Shown piece by piece: positions 60,331-64,000 of a DNA stretch of 64,000 nucleotides. Source of the DNA: Candidatus Binatia bacterium. GTDB lineage: Bacteria > Desulfobacterota > Binatia > UBA9968 > CAXXLF01. The stretch spans positions 160,001 to 224,000 of the forward strand of contig CAXXLF010000002.1 in the NCBI GenBank assembly GCA_963664015.2. The letters are read 5' to 3'. The position numbers and the translations under genes are program-made. A model generated the notes under the pieces. It saw only the letters and a program-made list of their open reading frames with translations. It was not told the origin of the DNA and searched no databases. The stretch's first letter is position 1, and each line of letters starts with the position of its first letter.

Positions 60331-62301
60331 ATGCTAACCGATGCCGCCTTGAATCTCACCGATTGGGGTTTCTGTCAGCGGTCGCTGAAGGAGGTCTCCC
60401 GTACTTTCAGTCTACCCATCGCAATGTTGCGCGAGCCGCTCGAGCAAGCAGTCACCTGCGGTTACCTACTCTGTCGAATTGCCGATACCATTGAGGACGA
60501 GCCCAACCTTGGGCTGGCAGAGCGGGACGCCCTCTTTTCGTCGTTCCTCGCCTGCCTGGAGGATGAGGCTTCAGCGTCGGCCCTCGCAAGCCGGTTCCCT
60601 GATAATGACCAAAAACCGGCGAGTGCCGAGCGTCGACTTATGCAAAATCTGCCGCGCCTCCTTGGCGTCTTCGCCGAGCTGAACGATACAGCCAAGCAAG
60701 CGATTCGACGAAGCGTGTGCGAGATGGTCCGCGGGATGGCCATCTACAACCGGCGCCCTGCCGGTACAGATGGAATCGTGGCATTGACCACGATCGCCGA
60801 CCTCGAACGTTATTGCTACTTTGTCGCAGGGACGGTTGGGCACATGCTTACCGACTTGTTCACGTCCACCTGCGATCTCGATGCTGAACGGACCCACACC
60901 TTGCGCACCAACGCAGAGGAGTTTGCCGTTGGCTTGCAGCTGACCAACATACTCAAGAACATCACTGAGGACTGGGAGCGCGGCGTCTGCTATGTCCCAC
61001 GCACGATCTGCAAGGAAGCGGGCCTCGAGGTTGCGGAATTGTTGCAACCGGACTCCCGAGAGCGAGCCCACATGGCACTAGCTCCCCTGTTCCAAAGAGC
61101 CGAGCGCTCGTTCGAGCATGCACTCACCTACTGCTTGGCGATCCCGGCTGTGGAGCGGGACATGCGCCTGTTTTGTCTCTTGCCCTTGTGGATGGCGGTA
61201 CGCACCCTTGCCTACGCCCGGAGAAACGACGCACAGATCATCCGCGGCCAGGAAGTGAAGATTTCACGTGCAGAGGTCGAGCAGCTGATCCAGGATTGTG
61301 CCAACCATGTGGACAACGACGAAGCGCTACGCGCCAGTTTTCACCGCCTGAATCGGGACCCCCTGACCATCACAGCACCCCGCCGGAGCACGGCCATAGT
61401 CGAGACGTCGACCGAGTTGATGAGCAGCTACATGACTGCTAGGCGGGAGCTTGTTGAAAAAGCTCTGGACCTATCGCTCCCGAGCGGGGCGACGCCCTAC
61501 CAACTTGCCGACGCGGTTCGCTACCCGGTACTGGCTGGCGGTAAACGGTTGCGGCCAATCCTGGCAATTGCGGCTGCGGAGTCCGTGGGGGCCACCGCGA
61601 ACGACGCGATGTTGCCAGCGCTTGCGGTCGAGCTCATTCACACCTATTCGTTGGTGCACGACGACTTACCGGCCTTGGACAACGACGATCTGCGTCGGGG
61701 CAAGCCAACCACTCACAAGGTATACGGCGAAGCGATGGCAATTCTTGTCGGGGACGCGTTGCTGACCCGTGCTTTCGAGCTACTGGCAGATCCGGCGCTC
61801 TCAGAGCGCATCGGATCCTCCCGAGCCATTCGTCTCGTTTATGAGATCTCATCTGCTGTAGGAGCCCACGGTATGGTAGGCGGGCAGGTCATTGACATCC
61901 TCTCCGACGGACAACAGCTCGACACCGACACCCTCATACGCTTGCACCAAATGAAAACTGCGGCACTCCTGCGCACATCTGTTGTAGCGGGCGGTATCGC
62001 GGGCCGCGCCACCGATGAGCAGCTCAGACAGCTAGCGATTTACGGCGAGCGCATCGGCCTCGCGTTTCAGATCGTCGATGACATCCTCGACGTTACCGCT
62101 ACCACCGAAAAGCTCGGCAAGCCGCAAGGCAGCGATGAGCGCCACCGCAAAGCAACATTCGTAACGGTACTTGGCATCGAGGTCTCCCGCCAGCGAGCCA
62201 AGCAGCTTATCGAAGAGGGGAAAGAGGCGATCAGTTCATTCGGGAACGATGCTCGTGTGCTTCATGCGCTGGGGGACTTCATCGAAGAGCGGACCCACTA
62301 A
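60331..62301 (+). CDS. fusion of a squalene/phytoene synthase-family domain (N) and a short-chain FPP/GGPP synthase (C)
   Basis: N: VSRTF, YLLCRIADTIED, YCYFVAGTVG, GLQLTNILKNITED, RLFCLLP, KISR. C: GGKRLRP, YSLVHDDLPALDNDDLRRG, GQVID, KTA, FQIVDDILD. One uninterrupted 656-aa frame. Confidence 0.9.
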   Translation: MLTDAALNLTDWGFCQRSLKEVSRTFSLPIAMLREPLEQAVTCGYLLCRIADTIEDEPNLGLAERDALFSSFLACLEDEASASALASRFPDNDQKPASAERRLMQNLPRLLGVFAELNDTAKQAIRRSVCEMVRGMAIYNRRPAGTDGIVALTTIADLERYCYFVAGTVGHMLTDLFTSTCDLDAERTHTLRTNAEEFAVGLQLTNILKNITEDWERGVCYVPRTICKEAGLEVAELLQPDSRERAHMALAPLFQRAERSFEHALTYCLAIPAVERDMRLFCLLPLWMAVRTLAYARRNDAQIIRGQEVKISRAEVEQLIQDCANHVDNDEALRASFHRLNRDPLTITAPRRSTAIVETSTELMSSYMTARRELVEKALDLSLPSGATPYQLADAVRYPVLAGGKRLRPILAIAAAESVGATANDAMLPALAVELIHTYSLVHDDLPALDNDDLRRGKPTTHKVYGEAMAILVGDALLTRAFELLADPALSERIGSSRAIRLVYEISSAVGAHGMVGGQVIDILSDGQQLDTDTLIRLHQMKTAALLRTSVVAGGIAGRATDEQLRQLAIYGERIGLAFQIVDDILDVTATTEKLGKPQGSDERHRKATFVTVLGIEVSRQRAKQLIEEGKEAISSFGNDARVLHALGDFIEERTH

Positions 62302-62588
62302 TATATTGTGTTCCTTGACCACTCAAGCAGAAAGATTCTCCCGACTCCGCCCCTCATACTTACCCGTCTAAGACTTCCAGGCGCGATTTCATTAGGCGCT
62401 ACCTCTAATTTGGCTCAAAACCGGTATGGGCTTGGGTTTGCTCGGCATTAGATCCCCGGAACGCATTTAATGAGCTAATCTGTTGCGTCTTACTGATATA
62501 AGGATCGAAGGAAATGACGAGAGCCTGCTCATTCCGTGTTAAGAAGAAATGGACAGTCGCAATGAGTTACCGGGGCTTTTGCGTACGC

Positions 62589-62795
62589 TTACGCGTCAGG
62601 ACACGGCGATCGCGGGCGTAACCGACCATAGCGGAAGGACGGGCTTTTATCGTGCTTTGTTGGCCCCTCCTTTTGGCGAACCGTGGAGGTCCGAATCACG
62701 CTCTGCATCACCTTGATCTGCTGGTCTATCCTTGCTCTCAGTGCCTGCAACTCTCGCAAAACTCCCTTGAGGGTTGGAGTGAAGTTGATGGCCAT
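62589..62795 (-). CDS. small hypothetical protein with an N-terminal coiled coil
   Basis: Strong GAGGAGGA RBS; TTGACA at 62837-62842 on the minus strand; amphipathic LRELQALRARIDQQI. Confidence 0.55.
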   Translation of the reverse strand: MAINFTPTLKGVLRELQALRARIDQQIKVMQSVIRTSTVRQKEGPTKHDKSPSFRYGRLRPRSPCPDA

Positions 62796-63037
62796 TGATC
62801 CTCCTCATAGGGACAGTATTCAACACCGTGCAGTTATGTCAACTCGACCTAGCAATTAAACGACGCTTTAATTGAGTCCTACCAAACTGAAAAAGGAAAC
62901 TTGACAACCCACTGGAACTCATCGATATTACGGGTGACCTTGCAGAGCGGGCATTTAAATTGTTCCCGAGATAGGCTGCGAGGGGGAGAGCCGTATTCCT
63001 AATAGTTAGATAGACCTACTGTCACAGACGAGGAGTC

Positions 63038-63301
63038 ATGCCAAAAGTCGTATTTACACACTCTGTTAGTGATCCTGCCCATTGGGCGAGCAAGCACTCG
63101 GAGCGAGTTGAACGGTTCGCTTCGTGGGGATCGAACGTGCTCGACTACCTCAGCGCTGACGGCAGCAAAAACGTGGCCGTGAGTGTGAACGTTCACGATC
63201 TGGCGGCCGTACAGCCGGCGCTCGACTCGCCCGAGATCGAGGCCGCGAAGCAGGCTCACGGGGTCCTGGAGCCCCTTACGATCCACGTCGAGAAAACTTA
63301 A
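63038..63301 (+). CDS. small dimeric alpha/beta-barrel-like protein (DUF3764-like); gene cassette ORF
   Basis: GAGGAG RBS; HSVSDPAHW...AKQAHGV pattern. Confidence 0.75.
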   Translation: MPKVVFTHSVSDPAHWASKHSERVERFASWGSNVLDYLSADGSKNVAVSVNVHDLAAVQPALDSPEIEAAKQAHGVLEPLTIHVEKT

Positions 63302-63335
63302 GCAAGATTGCGGAGACGCTCTACGACCTGGGAAT

Positions 63336-63428
63336 TTCTAACCAGCGATTGAACTCGACAAAGCTCGCACGTCACTTCGCAGTTGTTCGAATCCTGTAGT
63401 GTCGCGGGTTAATCGCTAATCGTTAGGG
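63336..63428 (+). mobile_element. integron attC-like site closing a cassette of about 63006-63422
   Basis: R'' TTCTAAC, then AGCGATT-G-AAC pairing with GTT-AATCGCT around one extrahelical base, and R' GTTAGGG; matching core GTTAGAT at 63005-63011 upstream of the ORF. Confidence 0.68.
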
Positions 63429-63788
63429 TTGCTACCAATTTTTATCCCCACGATGCAATTCAACGATGCCTCAATTGCATCCTAAAGATTAAATATTGGG
63501 TGTCAGACTAGCCTAGCTGGGCTTACTTGGCCGATTTGCCTGATCAGACTCACAATTTGATTCAGGCCTGAGATTTATCATTAAATACTTCGGATGCTTC
63601 GACCAGGCAACACCCTATCGATCGCGTCTCTTTTCGCCGAATGCTCTACATGCTAGTAAATGGAACCCGCATCCGTCTAATTGGGGGCTCCAACAACAAA
63701 CAAGCGAACCTGCACACCAAGACAGTAGACCAATGAGTTTTTTCAAGGATTCACGGAGCTTACCGTGATTCAGCACCACCGTTCCCCA

Positions 63789-64000
63789 ATGATGGGCATC
63801 CTGCCGTACGTGGTAACTATTTTTGTAGGCGCGTTCCTTCTATTCCAGGTGCAGCCCCTGATCACGAAGTACATCTTGCCGTGGTTCGGTGGTGGCCTGA
63901 CGGTATGGACAACCAGCATGTTGTTCTTCCAGGTCTTGCTTCTTGGGGGATACCGTTACGCTCACTTGAGCATCTGTCGGTTTAGACCGCGGCTCCAGGC
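63789..64000 (+). CDS. fused membrane/spermidine synthase-like protein, 5' part only
   Basis: Manual translation: MMGILPYVVTIFVGAFLLFQVQPLITKYILPWFGGGLTVWTTSMLFFQVLLLGGYRYAHL. Confidence 0.8.
   Translation, partial: MMGILPYVVTIFVGAFLLFQVQPLITKYILPWFGGGLTVWTTSMLFFQVLLLGGYRYAHLSICRFRPRLQ

Noticed and set aside
62589-62795. Integron integrase remnant
   Set aside because: No tyrosine recombinase motifs (RHS/RHxxAT, LGH, Y) in the ORF.
1-64000. tRNA, rRNA, riboswitch or group II intron
   Set aside because: No cloverleaf/T-loop, rRNA signature or domain V motif was recognised by eye; an Infernal or tRNAscan run is needed to exclude them fully.

Overview
Bacterial chromosomal window of moderate GC. 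Gene content (many amidohydrolases, Rieske oxygenases, PBP2-type binding proteins, fragmented Mrp) suggests a deltaproteobacterium-like organism such as Ca. Binatia; this is inference only. Layout: (1) 0-13 kb mixed housekeeping and accessory genes (orphan nuoB, ubiE/menG and long-chain prenyl synthase, PuuD-like protein plus cytochrome c, class IV aminotransferase, Rieske oxygenase, phosphatase) with a hairpin-rich intergenic tract; (2) 13-35 kb salt/osmolyte region: intact USP-GpgS fusion, MpgP/GpgP, OtsA, two Na+/solute symporters, a Na+/Ca2+ antiporter and an 11-gene Mrp operon, with decaying ggs-like, glgA and glycerate kinase genes; (3) frameshifted CoA-transferase genes next to a complete 3,115-bp IS1595-family element (24-bp perfect TIRs, 8-bp TSD) carrying a P63C gene and a DNA methyltransferase-HNH fusion; (4) 40-60 kb aromatic catabolism cluster with an orphan His-rich EutA-like ATPase, two signal-less PBP2-fold paralogues, a Dpp-type ABC transporter and mhpDFE; (5) 60-64 kb a squalene/phytoene synthase-prenyl diphosphate synthase fusion gene and a lone integron-like cassette with attC. 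No rRNA, tRNA or CRISPR array was seen. Product calls come from motif recognition by eye, without database searches.
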